Source: Spirochaetales bacterium
Lineage (GTDB): Bacteria > Spirochaetota > Spirochaetia > JABEVK01
Reading direction: 5' to 3'
Length of the DNA stretch: 64,000 nucleotides
NCBI GenBank assembly: GCA_037142615.1
Contig: JBAXAI010000015.1
Location: 1-64,000, forward strand
The notes under the pieces: generated by a model
Database searches by the model: none
Seen by the model: only the letters and a program-made list of their open reading frames with translations
What the model was told of the DNA's origin: nothing
Position numbers and translations under genes: made by a program
Shown: positions 30,813 through 39,811 of the stretch, piece after piece
How the letters are laid out: every line of letters begins with the position of its first letter
How positions within the stretch are numbered: position 1 is the first letter of the stretch

Positions 30813-31766
30813 ATGAAGATCACGTTCCTCGATGCGGCCAGTTTAGGTCCCGGCCTTGATTTTTCGGCGTTTGAACGTTGGGGTGTCGCGGAGTTCTACG
30901 ACAATACGGCCCTGAGCGAACGCGCGGCTCGCCTTCACGATACGACCGTGGCCATCGCCAACCGTGTCGTGTTCGACGAGGCGGTGTTCTTGGCTTGCCC
31001 CCAGCTCAAGCTCATCCTCCTGACGGCGACGGGCTACAACAACGTCGATTTGGATGCCGCCCGCAAATACAGGGTTGGAGTTTGCAACGTTGTCGGCTAT
31101 TCGACGGCGAGCGTGGCCCAACACACCTTTGCCCTCCTGCTTGCCCTGATGGAGCAGACGTCCTGGCTCGACGCCTACGCGAAGTCACACTGGGCCGGTT
31201 CGACCACGTTTGGTCATTTGCAGCGGCCCTTTCACGAAATCGAAGGCAAACGCTGGGGAATTATCGGCCTGGGAGCCATCGGCCGCCGGGTCGCCGGCCT
31301 TGCCCAGGCCTTTGGGGCCGAACCGGTGTACTTCAGCACGACCGACCAGGACCGCGCTGGGTCCTGGCCACGGCTCCAGCTGGAAACTTTGCTGGCCACC
31401 AGCGACATCGTGAGCATCCATTCCCCCCTGAATGACCGGACGAGAGGCCTGCTGGGGGTCAAGGAATTGGGTTGGATGCGCGCTTCGGCGTACCTGGTCA
31501 ACGTTGGGAGGGGCGGCATCGTCGACGAGAGAGCTCTCGCCTTGGCCCTCGACCGCGGAGAGCTCGCCGGGGCTGCCCTCGACGTGACCCTTCCCGAACC
31601 TCCGCTGGCGGACAACCCGCTCTTGCGCCTGAAGCGCCCAGAGAGGCTAGTGATCAGCCCTCACCTGGCCTGGGCCAGCGTGGAAGCCCGCAACCGCTGT
31701 TTGGTCGAAGTGGGCCTCAACCTGCAAGCGTGGCTGGACGGAGAACGCCGTAACCGCCTGGACTGA
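30813..31766 (+). CDS. D-2-hydroxyacid dehydrogenase (glycerate dehydrogenase-like)
   Basis: TATGYNNVD, GYSTASVAQH, GIIGLGAIG, NVGRG, LDV..PEP, SPHLAWAS. Confidence 0.92.
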   Translation: MKITFLDAASLGPGLDFSAFERWGVAEFYDNTALSERAARLHDTTVAIANRVVFDEAVFLACPQLKLILLTATGYNNVDLDAARKYRVGVCNVVGYSTASVAQHTFALLLALMEQTSWLDAYAKSHWAGSTTFGHLQRPFHEIEGKRWGIIGLGAIGRRVAGLAQAFGAEPVYFSTTDQDRAGSWPRLQLETLLATSDIVSIHSPLNDRTRGLLGVKELGWMRASAYLVNVGRGGIVDERALALALDRGELAGAALDVTLPEPPLADNPLLRLKRPERLVISPHLAWASVEARNRCLVEVGLNLQAWLDGERRNRLD

Positions 31767-31779
31767 CCCGCACGGAGGG

Positions 31780-32454
31780 CTACTTTCGTCGGCGCCAGGG
31801 CACCGAAAACCGCCGGGCGATTTCGGAAGGGGCCGCAGGAAGGTTCTGCACCCGGGGTAAGTTCACCTGGAACCGCATGGCCAGCAGGCGGAGCACGATG
31901 GTCAGCGCGGCGGCGAAGAGCAGACAGACCTCGTCACCGAAGCCCAGGGATTTGGCGCCCCAAAGTGCCAACGCGCCAAGAGCGGCTGCCGTCGCGTAGA
32001 AGTCGGTCGCGAGTACGGCGGGTATCTCACTGACCAGAATATCGCGGATGACACCGCCGCCAACGGCCGTCATGGTGCCAATCATCACGACGCCAATGGG
32101 ACCCAAACCGTGCTCGAAGCCCTTGAGGGCTCCCAGCGCCGCGAAAACGCCCAGGCCAATCGCATCGAATACTTTCACGAGATTCCACCAGCGGGCAATC
32201 CGGGGCGCGGTGAAAAACACCAGGAGCCCCCCGGCGAGGCAGACGATGAAATAGATCTCGTTGGTGAAGACGGCCGGCGGGTACGTCCCGAGGATCACGT
32301 CGCGCAGAATGCCTCCCCCTACCCCGGTGAAGACCGAAAGGACCAGCACACCGAGGATGTCGAGCTCATATTTGACCGCGCGAAAGGCCCCGGTGACGGC
32401 AAAAACCAAGGTTCCGAAAAGGTCGAGGGCATAAAACAGGTCTTTTCCATCCAT
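31780..32454 (-). CDS. Trimeric intracellular cation channel family (UPF0126) protein
   Basis: DLFGTLVFAVTG, GGGILRDV, DAIGLGVF, GGGVIRDIL repeats; AAGGAG RBS. Confidence 0.9.
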   Translation of the reverse strand: MDGKDLFYALDLFGTLVFAVTGAFRAVKYELDILGVLVLSVFTGVGGGILRDVILGTYPPAVFTNEIYFIVCLAGGLLVFFTAPRIARWWNLVKVFDAIGLGVFAALGALKGFEHGLGPIGVVMIGTMTAVGGGVIRDILVSEIPAVLATDFYATAAALGALALWGAKSLGFGDEVCLLFAAALTIVLRLLAMRFQVNLPRVQNLPAAPSEIARRFSVPWRRRK

Positions 32455-32494
32455 GGGCTGGTGTCTCCTTGCCGCACTTGAGTATTCTAGGGTG

Positions 32495-33925
32495 ATGGAG
32501 CCCCGAAAAAAAGCCCTGTTCACGTTCCGTTCTACCGAAGGCGAGTACGTCTTGTACTGGATGCAGGCTTCGGTGCGCGTGCGGGCCAACCTGGCTCTGG
32601 TCGAGGCAGCGGCCCAAGCCCGGTCACTGGGCTGCCCGCTGGCTGTGGTGTTCTGCCTTACCGCGTTTCCCGAGGCGAACGCCCGATCGTTTGCCTTCCT
32701 CCTTGACGGGTTGCAGGATGTTGCTGCTTCGCTCGACGACCTCGGTGTTTCGTTCACCGTGGTACGTGGCGAACCCATCGACGTGGTGCCCTTGTGCGGC
32801 CGCTTGGCCCGGCTGGTGGTTTTTGACCGGGGTTACTTACCGATTCAACGGCGGTGGCGGGAACGTGTCGCGGCAGCCTTGCCGTGCCCGGTACTCGAAG
32901 TCGAAGACAACGTGGCGGTTCCCGTCGAAACGGTGAGCACCAAGAGCGAGTGGTCGGCCGCCACACTGAGGCCCAAACTGATGCGTCTGGCCGAGCTCGA
33001 AACCCTGAGCGAGCCCGTCTGGTCGCCCGTAGCGGCACCGTCGCACCTGAAGGAGCGCTGGAAACTTGCAGGCGTCGAGGTTCTCGACGCCGTCCCCTCG
33101 AGGCAGGACCTGGCACGGTTTGGGAACCAGGCCGGTCACGTACCCGCAACCGAGCTTCCCGGGGGAGAGAGGGCTGCCTGGCGGGCTTGGACCACGTTCG
33201 CCCAAACCCGCCTGGAGCGCTACGACTCCGACCGGAACGACCCGAACCTCGACGCCACCTCGGGCCTGGCCCCGTACCTGCACTTCGGGCATATTACCCC
33301 GCTCACGATCCTCGCCGAACTCAAGAGCAATGGACTCTGGAAACCCGCGCTCAGCTACCGCCGCAGCGGTGAGGATCCGGTCTCGAAGTTCCTCGACGAG
33401 CTGCTGGTACGCCGAGAGCTGGCCGTCAACGCAGCCTGGTACAACCCCGAGTTCGCGAGCTTTGCCGGACTGCCCCAATGGGCTCGCCGTACGCTGGCCA
33501 ACCACGCGCTCGACCGTCGGGAGTTCCTGTATACCCCCGAACAATGGGAAGCCGCGCTGACCCACGACCCGGCGTGGAACGCGGCCCAGACCGAATTGGT
33601 GACCACGGGCCGCCTGCACGGAACCCTGCGCATGTACTGGGGCAAGAAGCTGCTCGAGTGGAGCGCCGACCCGGCCGAGGCCTTTGACCTGGCGTTGCGC
33701 CTGAACAACAAATACGCCCTCGATGGCCGCGACCCGAACTCGGCAGCCGGCGTTGCCTGGTGCTTTGGAGCCCACGACCGCCCCTGGGGGGAACGGCCTG
33801 TGTATGGGTTGGTGCGCTGCATGACCTCCGGTGGTTTGGCCCGCAAGTTCGACCTCGCGGCGTACCTCCGGCGCTTCACTCGCCCGAGTTCACCACCACC
33901 TCTCCAGCGCTCGTTGCCACTCTGA
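32495..33925 (+). CDS. phr: Class II CPD photolyase
   Basis: VLYWMQASVR, SGLAPYLHFG, FLDELLVRREL, THDPAWNAAQ, RMYWGKK, LDGRDPN, HDRPW. Confidence 0.93.
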   Translation: MEPRKKALFTFRSTEGEYVLYWMQASVRVRANLALVEAAAQARSLGCPLAVVFCLTAFPEANARSFAFLLDGLQDVAASLDDLGVSFTVVRGEPIDVVPLCGRLARLVVFDRGYLPIQRRWRERVAAALPCPVLEVEDNVAVPVETVSTKSEWSAATLRPKLMRLAELETLSEPVWSPVAAPSHLKERWKLAGVEVLDAVPSRQDLARFGNQAGHVPATELPGGERAAWRAWTTFAQTRLERYDSDRNDPNLDATSGLAPYLHFGHITPLTILAELKSNGLWKPALSYRRSGEDPVSKFLDELLVRRELAVNAAWYNPEFASFAGLPQWARRTLANHALDRREFLYTPEQWEAALTHDPAWNAAQTELVTTGRLHGTLRMYWGKKLLEWSADPAEAFDLALRLNNKYALDGRDPNSAAGVAWCFGAHDRPWGERPVYGLVRCMTSGGLARKFDLAAYLRRFTRPSSPPPLQRSLPL

Positions 33926-34619
33926 GGCCACCGGCCGCATCGAGCCCCAAGACGACACCTTCGACAACCGTCGAACCGGTGTCAGGGACTTGCACGGAAA
34001 GCACCTCGCCTCGCCGCCACAGGAGCCCCTCGCAGGCCGTTTTCGGGTCCACGAGAGCCAAGGCCGCCTGCAAGTGAGGCAGAAGTTCCCCCAGCGCCAC
34101 TTCGGGCGACAAAGACACCCCATGCAAAGCGAGCGAGGTTGGCTGCTGACGAAACTCCCCGGCGAAGTGCTGCTGCCGCAGATTGATGCCGACTCCGGCG
34201 TGATAGCTGTGCGGACCCGTGGACGAAAGGCGCGACCGGACCAGAATGCCCGCGACTTTGCGACCGTCGAGATACACATCGTTGGGCCATTTGAGGGCGA
34301 TTTGCGGCGAAGCGGCCCACGCTAGGCCTTGCAACCAGCGACAGACCCCCAAACCGACCACGAGTGAAGGTGCAAACGTGGGGACAGCGAACAGCGACGC
34401 CGGCCAGAACACGGTGAAGAGCAGACTGTCGCCCGGTGCACTGAGCCAGTTTCGGCCTTGGTGACGGCCTACGCCCTGACTCTGATAGCCAGCCACGACA
34501 AGCGAGCCGCCAGGCTCACCGCGGGCTTCCAGGTCCCGGGCATCGTCCATGGTGCTGAAGGTCTCGGGGGTGTACCAGCAGGTGCCACCCCAGGGGTTGG
34601 CGACGCGAAGCTCGGTCAT
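33876..34619 (-). CDS. birA: Biotin--[acetyl-CoA-carboxylase] ligase (no HTH)
   Basis: STMD, QSQGVGRHQGRNW, KWPNDV, KVAGIL, GVGIN. Confidence 0.9.
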   Translation of the reverse strand: MTELRVANPWGGTCWYTPETFSTMDDARDLEARGEPGGSLVVAGYQSQGVGRHQGRNWLSAPGDSLLFTVFWPASLFAVPTFAPSLVVGLGVCRWLQGLAWAASPQIALKWPNDVYLDGRKVAGILVRSRLSSTGPHSYHAGVGINLRQQHFAGEFRQQPTSLALHGVSLSPEVALGELLPHLQAALALVDPKTACEGLLWRRGEVLSVQVPDTGSTVVEGVVLGLDAAGGLRVATSAGEVVVNSGE

Positions 34620-35710
34620 TCCACTTTTTGAACCAGGACTTCCTTGTCGAGTACCGTCACGGTGATAATGTCACCCGCACTACCCCAATACGGCAGGTTG
34701 AGGACCCCGCCGGGGTGTTTCATGGCAAGCAACTCCAAACTCTCGCCCGAAATTCGCTTCAGGCTCACTTTCAGGTCCACCATGATCGGATACTCCGGCA
34801 AGGTCGTCGTCAGCAGGTGGAACGTTCGGCCGTCGGTGAGCAAGGGAGGTTCAGCCAGGGTCAGCTTGATCGGGGCCCCCTTGGCCAGTTCAGCGCCATT
34901 TACAGGCGCCTGTGAAACAAACTGACCTGCCTTTTCGCCAGCGTCGGGTTTCCGAACGGTGATCAGAAACGGAATGCTATCGCTCGCCAGCGACGTAAGC
35001 GCGTCGCTCCAAGGCTGGCCCAGATAATTGCCCACCTTGACCACTTGACCCTTCGGACCCCGGCTGATCACCAGCTTGAGTGCCACCGGCGAGCCCAAAG
35101 CCGTTCCGGGCAGCGGCTGCTGTTCGAGAATTGTCCCTTCGGGCGCCGAGTTGATAACGTAGGTAGGATCGGTCCCCAGCGTGATAAGGGGCACTGCCTG
35201 CGAGGAAAACAAGGTCTTGAGTTTAAGCTGCAAATCGTTGACGCTCAGGCCTTTGTAGTCTTCCACGGTATCAATGACCGCGCCTTTGGAAACCCAGAGG
35301 GTAACCCGGCGACCCGACTTGCTCAAAAGTCCGCCTTCGGGATCCTGGGCGATTACGCTCCCCTTTTCACGCGGATCATTGGAGAACTTGACTTGAACGA
35401 CGGGCACGAGTTCCTTCTCTTGCAGGTCGAGAATGGCCGCAACGAGTTCCTTGCCAACAACCTTCGGAATGAGGGTTTCTTCGGCACCCTTGAGGCTGAA
35501 AAAGAAGGCTGCGGCAGCGAAGAACACCAGCAGGGCAAACATTCCCACCAGCGACCAAGCGATCTTCTTGAATTGGCGAGCATTCTCATCGTCGCCCTTG
35601 GAAGGAAGTGCCCGGCGGGCCAGGCGCTTGAGATCCTTCCAGAACACCTTGAGTCGGGCCGAGAAAGCGCCTTTTGGGCGGGGAGGCTTCGGGGTTGCAG
35701 GCGTGCTCAT
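34616..35710 (-). CDS. PASTA domain-containing membrane protein
   Basis: One TM followed by three PASTA-like repeats (IPKVVGK...VIAQDP...VSKG). Confidence 0.85.
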   Translation of the reverse strand: MSTPATPKPPRPKGAFSARLKVFWKDLKRLARRALPSKGDDENARQFKKIAWSLVGMFALLVFFAAAAFFFSLKGAEETLIPKVVGKELVAAILDLQEKELVPVVQVKFSNDPREKGSVIAQDPEGGLLSKSGRRVTLWVSKGAVIDTVEDYKGLSVNDLQLKLKTLFSSQAVPLITLGTDPTYVINSAPEGTILEQQPLPGTALGSPVALKLVISRGPKGQVVKVGNYLGQPWSDALTSLASDSIPFLITVRKPDAGEKAGQFVSQAPVNGAELAKGAPIKLTLAEPPLLTDGRTFHLLTTTLPEYPIMVDLKVSLKRISGESLELLAMKHPGGVLNLPYWGSAGDIITVTVLDKEVLVQKVE

Positions 35711-36831
35711 GGGGTGTCTCCAAGGAGGGAACCGATCAGCCCGGGGCTTCCGTTGACGAAACTCCGGTAGTCCAAGCTTTTCCTGGCCGGAAGCTGAAGT
35801 TCCCGGACGACCAGAAAACCGTCCCCTGTTTTTACCAAAATGCCGCTTTCCTTGTCTAGGCTCAAAACAGTCCCCGGTGGGGACTGTTTTGAGCCTACAG
35901 AAGCACCGGATGGCGCTTCTGTCCGGCCATTGCCCGGTGGGGACTGTTTTGAGCCTACAGAAGCACCGGATGGCGCTTCTGTCCGGCCATTGCCCGGTGG
36001 GGACTGTTTTGAGCCTACAGAAGCGCCGTATGGCGCTTCTGTCCGGCTCAAGTTGTCGCCGTATGGCGCTTCTGTCCGGCCAACGGCGTCGTAGACCCTC
36101 GAGTCCCAGATTGTTAGTTTTTGGCCGTTCCACATGGTGAAGGCGCCGGGCCAGGGGTTGCACGCACGCACCAGGGCATCGAGCTCGCGCGCGCTTCGGG
36201 TCCAGTCGAGGCGTCCGTCGGCCTTTTGAACCAAGTGGCAGTAGGTGGCCAAGTTGGAATCCTGAGCGACGGCTTTGGCGAGGAACTCAGGCAAGGCGGC
36301 GAGTGTGTCGACCAGCGCGGAGGCTGCCGCGTCGGCCGCCCACAAGGTCAGGCTGGCCGTGGTCTCGTGGCCGCCCAGCGGAAGCCGACGTTGCAGAACA
36401 ACGTCGCCGGTGTCCATTTCCAGCGCCAGTTTTTGGATGCTGAGGCCCGTTTCGGTGTCGCCTGCGGCCAGCGCTGCAGACAAAGGGGAAGGCCCCCGCC
36501 ACCGGGGCAGCAGCGAAGGGTGCACATTGAGGCCTCCTTGCGGGAACAGCGCCAAGAACTTCGGACCGAAGATCTTACCAAACGCGAAGCTGATCAAAAG
36601 GTCAAACCGCCCGTCCAGAAGGGTACGAACCGCAGCATCGAGTTTCTCGGCGCGTATCACCTCGAGACCCAGGACCGAGGCACGCTGGTCGATTTCTGAG
36701 GGAGTCAGCCTGCCACCACGGCCCGTTGGAGCTGGCGGGTTAGTCAGCACAGCGACCCGATAGCCGGCTGACACCAAGGCCTCGAGGGCGGGTACGGCAA
36801 TCGAAGGAGTTGCCGCAAAAAGGATTCTCAT
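35707..36831 (-). CDS. fmt: Methionyl-tRNA formyltransferase with about 60-aa repeat insertion
   Basis: NVHPSLLPRWRGPSP, EMDTGD, RACNPWPGA; coupled to def. Confidence 0.93.
   Translation of the reverse strand: MRILFAATPSIAVPALEALVSAGYRVAVLTNPPAPTGRGGRLTPSEIDQRASVLGLEVIRAEKLDAAVRTLLDGRFDLLISFAFGKIFGPKFLALFPQGGLNVHPSLLPRWRGPSPLSAALAAGDTETGLSIQKLALEMDTGDVVLQRRLPLGGHETTASLTLWAADAAASALVDTLAALPEFLAKAVAQDSNLATYCHLVQKADGRLDWTRSARELDALVRACNPWPGAFTMWNGQKLTIWDSRVYDAVGRTEAPYGDNLSRTEAPYGASVGSKQSPPGNGRTEAPSGASVGSKQSPPGNGRTEAPSGASVGSKQSPPGTVLSLDKESGILVKTGDGFLVVRELQLPARKSLDYRSFVNGSPGLIGSLLGDTP
35857..36081. repeat. Palindromic 60-bp tandem repeat (about 3 copies) plus a partial copy inside fmt
   Basis: Units start at 35873, 35933 and 35993. 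Perfect 19-bp inverted repeat at 35857-35897; ACAGAAGCGCC/GGCGCTTCTGT hairpin at 36017-36042. Confidence 0.95.
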
Positions 36832-37313
36832 TTTTTAAGGTTCTTCTCGTACTGCGCCAAGAGGCGGCTTCGTTTCATTTCGTTGAGATAATCGATGAAC
36901 AGCACACCCTTGAGATGGTCGAACTCGTGCTGAAACACCCGCGCCAGCAGGTCGTCACACTCCATCTTGATCCGCCGGCCTTTGGCATTGAAGGCCTGAA
37001 TCTGAATCGCCACCGGGCGAACCACTTCTTCGTACATGCCGGGGATGGAGAGGCAGCCTTCCTCGTACGCCATCGTTTCGACGCTCGTGCCGACAATCTC
37101 GGGGTTGATGAACACCAGCGGTTTACCCTCTTCCACCTGCAGCACGAAGATCGATTGGAGCGAACCCACCTGGGGCGCCGCCAGCCCGATGCCTCGACCT
37201 TCGACCATCGTGGTGATCATTGCGTCGGTGAACTCTTTGAGCTCTTTGTCAAAGTTGACTACCGGAGTCGTCTTTTGTCGCAGTATGTCCGCCGGATACT
37301 TCACAATTTCCAT
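36828..37313 (-). CDS. def: Peptide deformylase
   Basis: GIGLAAPQVG, EGCLSIP, QHEFDHL. Confidence 0.98.
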   Translation of the reverse strand: MEIVKYPADILRQKTTPVVNFDKELKEFTDAMITTMVEGRGIGLAAPQVGSLQSIFVLQVEEGKPLVFINPEIVGTSVETMAYEEGCLSIPGMYEEVVRPVAIQIQAFNAKGRRIKMECDDLLARVFQHEFDHLKGVLFIDYLNEMKRSRLLAQYEKNLKK

Positions 37314-37387
37314 AGGCGGACCAGCTTACCCAGATTTTCTGGTAATTTCCAGACACCCTCGGTATACTTGACCCTAGGAGACCAACC

Positions 37388-38236
37388 ATGAAAACGATGA
37401 TTGTGCTACTGGCCGGAGTCCTGCTCCTCTCCGGATGTGCCAATATTTTTGACTCGAATTACCTCGGGGCTTTTGACGCTCCGCCGGCGCTGGACGCGGC
37501 CTCGTACACGTCGATGGACCCAACGACGCTGATCGGTGACGTGAATAGTGCCATCAAGAACAGCGATCCGACCTTTTTCAACCAGTTGAAGGGTGACGCC
37601 ACTGCGTTGAAGAACGTGCAAGACAATCTTGCGGCGGAAATGAACAAAACGGCAGTAACGCCGGCCGAAAGAACGGCGCAAGCAAACGCCGCCAAGGCGT
37701 TCATTGCTGTAACCGCGAACTCGACCGAGACCTTGGCCGTCGCGAACTTGGCGGTACCCGAGTTGCTGAAGTTAGCCGCGCCTGGCGGCGCCTCAGGAAC
37801 AACCGATCCAGCCGCGCTGGCGAAGGGCTTCTTTCAGGGGATGACCGACGCCGAAGTGACTTCGACCCTCGAGAGCATGCTGTCGATTTCGACCGCGATG
37901 TCGACGTTGTCGGCAGCCACCGATAGCTCGACTGACTTCTTGAGTGGAACCTCCTCAGGCGACGTGACCCAGGTCGGCGTGATCGCCGCGGCGGCAACCG
38001 CGCTGATGAGTTGTGCCGGCGAAGACCTGACCACCCCCGAGGGTAAAGCCGCTGCGGCTCTGAAGGTGGTGAACATGCTCAATGATCCCGACCCCACGGC
38101 CTACGCGACAGCGAACTTTACGGGTTTGGATTCTGAAATCAGCAAGCTTACCTCTGCACTCGACCCCACTCAGACCCCCGATCCCAAGTACGCCTACCTC
38201 GGGGACCTGGGCCTGTCGAGCCTGCTAGGTCAATAA
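37388..38236 (+). CDS. Hypothetical lipoprotein (Ala/Thr/Ser-rich, helical)
   Basis: AGGAG RBS; lipobox LSG-C followed by NIF. Confidence 0.8.
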   Translation: MKTMIVLLAGVLLLSGCANIFDSNYLGAFDAPPALDAASYTSMDPTTLIGDVNSAIKNSDPTFFNQLKGDATALKNVQDNLAAEMNKTAVTPAERTAQANAAKAFIAVTANSTETLAVANLAVPELLKLAAPGGASGTTDPAALAKGFFQGMTDAEVTSTLESMLSISTAMSTLSAATDSSTDFLSGTSSGDVTQVGVIAAAATALMSCAGEDLTTPEGKAAAALKVVNMLNDPDPTAYATANFTGLDSEISKLTSALDPTQTPDPKYAYLGDLGLSSLLGQ

Positions 38237-38248
38237 GGGAGTACGACC

Positions 38249-39403
38249 ATGAAACGCAACAAACTAGTTCTTGCCGTGCTGCTGTCGCTAGCCGCCACCT
38301 TGGCTTACGCAGCCGATACCTATACCCTCCCCGCATTCGCTCCCGTCGGGCCGGAAGTCAAAGCCCAGGGCGGCGCCTTTACGGCCGTGTCGAACGGGTT
38401 CAATGGCCTTTTTTTCAACCCGGCCGGCTTCGCGACCAACCAAAACAGCCTGACAATTCTGGGCGTCAACCCCACGGCCAACGTGGCTTTGAGCCGCATC
38501 AACGACGTGATTGTCTTTTCGCAGACTGCTGACTGGGCGAATCCCGACATCGGGGCGATCGCAGACGCGCTCACCGACATCATCACCCTGGAAGGCATTG
38601 GTTTCCAGGCCAATGCCGGCTTGGGCTGGGTCGGTTCGGGGCTCGGTTTGGGTATCGCGGCCCAAACCTCGGTTTACGCCCGAGGAACAACGGTGCTCGG
38701 CACCAAGATTGCCGCCGACCTGATCGAGGGAGCCGTGATCGGCTACGCCCTCCCAATTGACCTCGCCTTCTCGACGGTGAAGGTCGGGCTCGATATTCGG
38801 CCGATGCAGCGTACCTACGGTGAGTTCGACCTTTCGAGCGCGACGGCGGCAATGAAAGACCTGACAGCCTTGACGATGGCCAATGGCTTTGGCCTCGGCT
38901 TCGACCTCGGCGTCATCGCCGACTTTGGCCCCTTCGACGTGGGAATCTCTGTTCGCGACCTCGGGGGCACCCACTACGCGATGAAGACCTACTCGGTGGC
39001 CGATATTGCCACTGCGGCGACCTTCACTGCCGGCGCAGGCAAAGATACCCTGTATGATTACGTGACGCCGATGACCATCAACACCGGCTTTGCTTACACC
39101 CCCGACTTTGGCCTGCTGGGTGTTCTGATCCAGCCACGCTTTACGGGCGATCTGAACATTCCAATGGTTCCTGTGGCCGAGATGCCTTCCTTGCTGGCCA
39201 GCAGCCATCTGGGAGTCGAAGTAAAGTTGTTGTCGTTCCTGACCTTGCGTGGAGGCCTAAATCAGGGCTGGGTGACGGCCGGTTTGGGAGCGCACCTGTT
39301 GTTCCTCGACGCCAACATCGCGATCTATTCCGACGAGTTGGGCCGCTACACCGGCACCGCTAGGAAGCCCGGCGTCGCCGCCGAAGTAGCCCTTCGCTTC
39401 TAG
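38249..39403 (+). CDS. Outer-membrane beta-barrel protein, FadL/TraF_2/PorV-like
   Basis: Signal peptide; AQGGAFTAV...LFFNPAG plug motif; alternating beta-strands; C-terminal Phe (EVALRF). Confidence 0.75.
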   Translation: MKRNKLVLAVLLSLAATLAYAADTYTLPAFAPVGPEVKAQGGAFTAVSNGFNGLFFNPAGFATNQNSLTILGVNPTANVALSRINDVIVFSQTADWANPDIGAIADALTDIITLEGIGFQANAGLGWVGSGLGLGIAAQTSVYARGTTVLGTKIAADLIEGAVIGYALPIDLAFSTVKVGLDIRPMQRTYGEFDLSSATAAMKDLTALTMANGFGLGFDLGVIADFGPFDVGISVRDLGGTHYAMKTYSVADIATAATFTAGAGKDTLYDYVTPMTINTGFAYTPDFGLLGVLIQPRFTGDLNIPMVPVAEMPSLLASSHLGVEVKLLSFLTLRGGLNQGWVTAGLGAHLLFLDANIAIYSDELGRYTGTARKPGVAAEVALRF

Positions 39404-39424
39404 TCCCATCCACCATCCATCGCC

Positions 39425-39464
39425 TTGACAAACGGAGAGAACTTTTCGTATAGTTCTCTCCGTT
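39425..39464 (+). promoter_or_regulatory. tRNA operon promoter overlapped by a 13-bp inverted repeat
   Basis: TTGACA-18-TATAGT; AACGGAGAGAACT/AGTTCTCTCCGTT. Confidence 0.8.
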
Positions 39465-39468
39465 CATC

Positions 39469-39541
39469 GGGCTGGTAGCTCAGCAGGTAGAGCACCGCCC
39501 TTTTAAGGCGAGGGTCACAGGTTCGAATCCTGTCCAGCTCA
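39469..39541 (+). tRNA. tRNA-Lys(TTT)
   Basis: GGGCTGG/CCAGCTC acceptor stem, CT-TTT-AA loop, GGTTCGAATCC T arm; no encoded CCA. Confidence 0.95.
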
Positions 39542-39558
39542 AGTTCGATGTTCCGCGC

Positions 39559-39630
39559 GCCTCCTTCGTCTAGTGGTTAGGACAGTGGATTTTCATTCCA
39601 CCAACACGGGTTCGATCCCCGTAGGAGGTA
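39559..39630 (+). tRNA. tRNA-Glu(TTC)
   Basis: GCCTCCT/AGGAGGT acceptor stem, GTGGA-TTTTCAT-TCCAC anticodon arm, GGTTCGATCCC. Confidence 0.95.
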
Positions 39631-39636
39631 CTTTCA

Positions 39637-39663
39637 GGACGGCTTAACGCCGCCCTTTTTTTT
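39637..39663 (+). terminator. Probable terminator between the two tRNA-Glu copies
   Basis: GGACGGC-TTAAC-GCCGCCC followed by T8. Confidence 0.6.
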
Positions 39664-39672
39664 GCCAGTCGC

Positions 39673-39744
39673 GCCTCCTTCGTCTAGTGGTTAGGACAGT
39701 GGATTTTCATTCCACCAACACGGGTTCGATCCCCGTAGGAGGTA
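39673..39744 (+). tRNA. tRNA-Glu(TTC), identical second copy
   Basis: Sequence identical to 39559-39630. Confidence 0.93.
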
Positions 39745-39811
39745 TTACTTCCCATTCCCGGGTCGGCCGTGCGAAGATGACCTTGGAACTGGGTTTCCAG
39801 AGGAGTTTGGG

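Noticed and set aside
35857-36081. CRISPR array
   Set aside because: The units repeat in full with no unique spacers, lie in frame within fmt, and no cas genes are present.
34616-36163. 515-aa ORF with a repeat-containing N-terminus
   Set aside because: The extension is an alternative frame of fmt; the PASTA gene starts at 35710 after GGAG.
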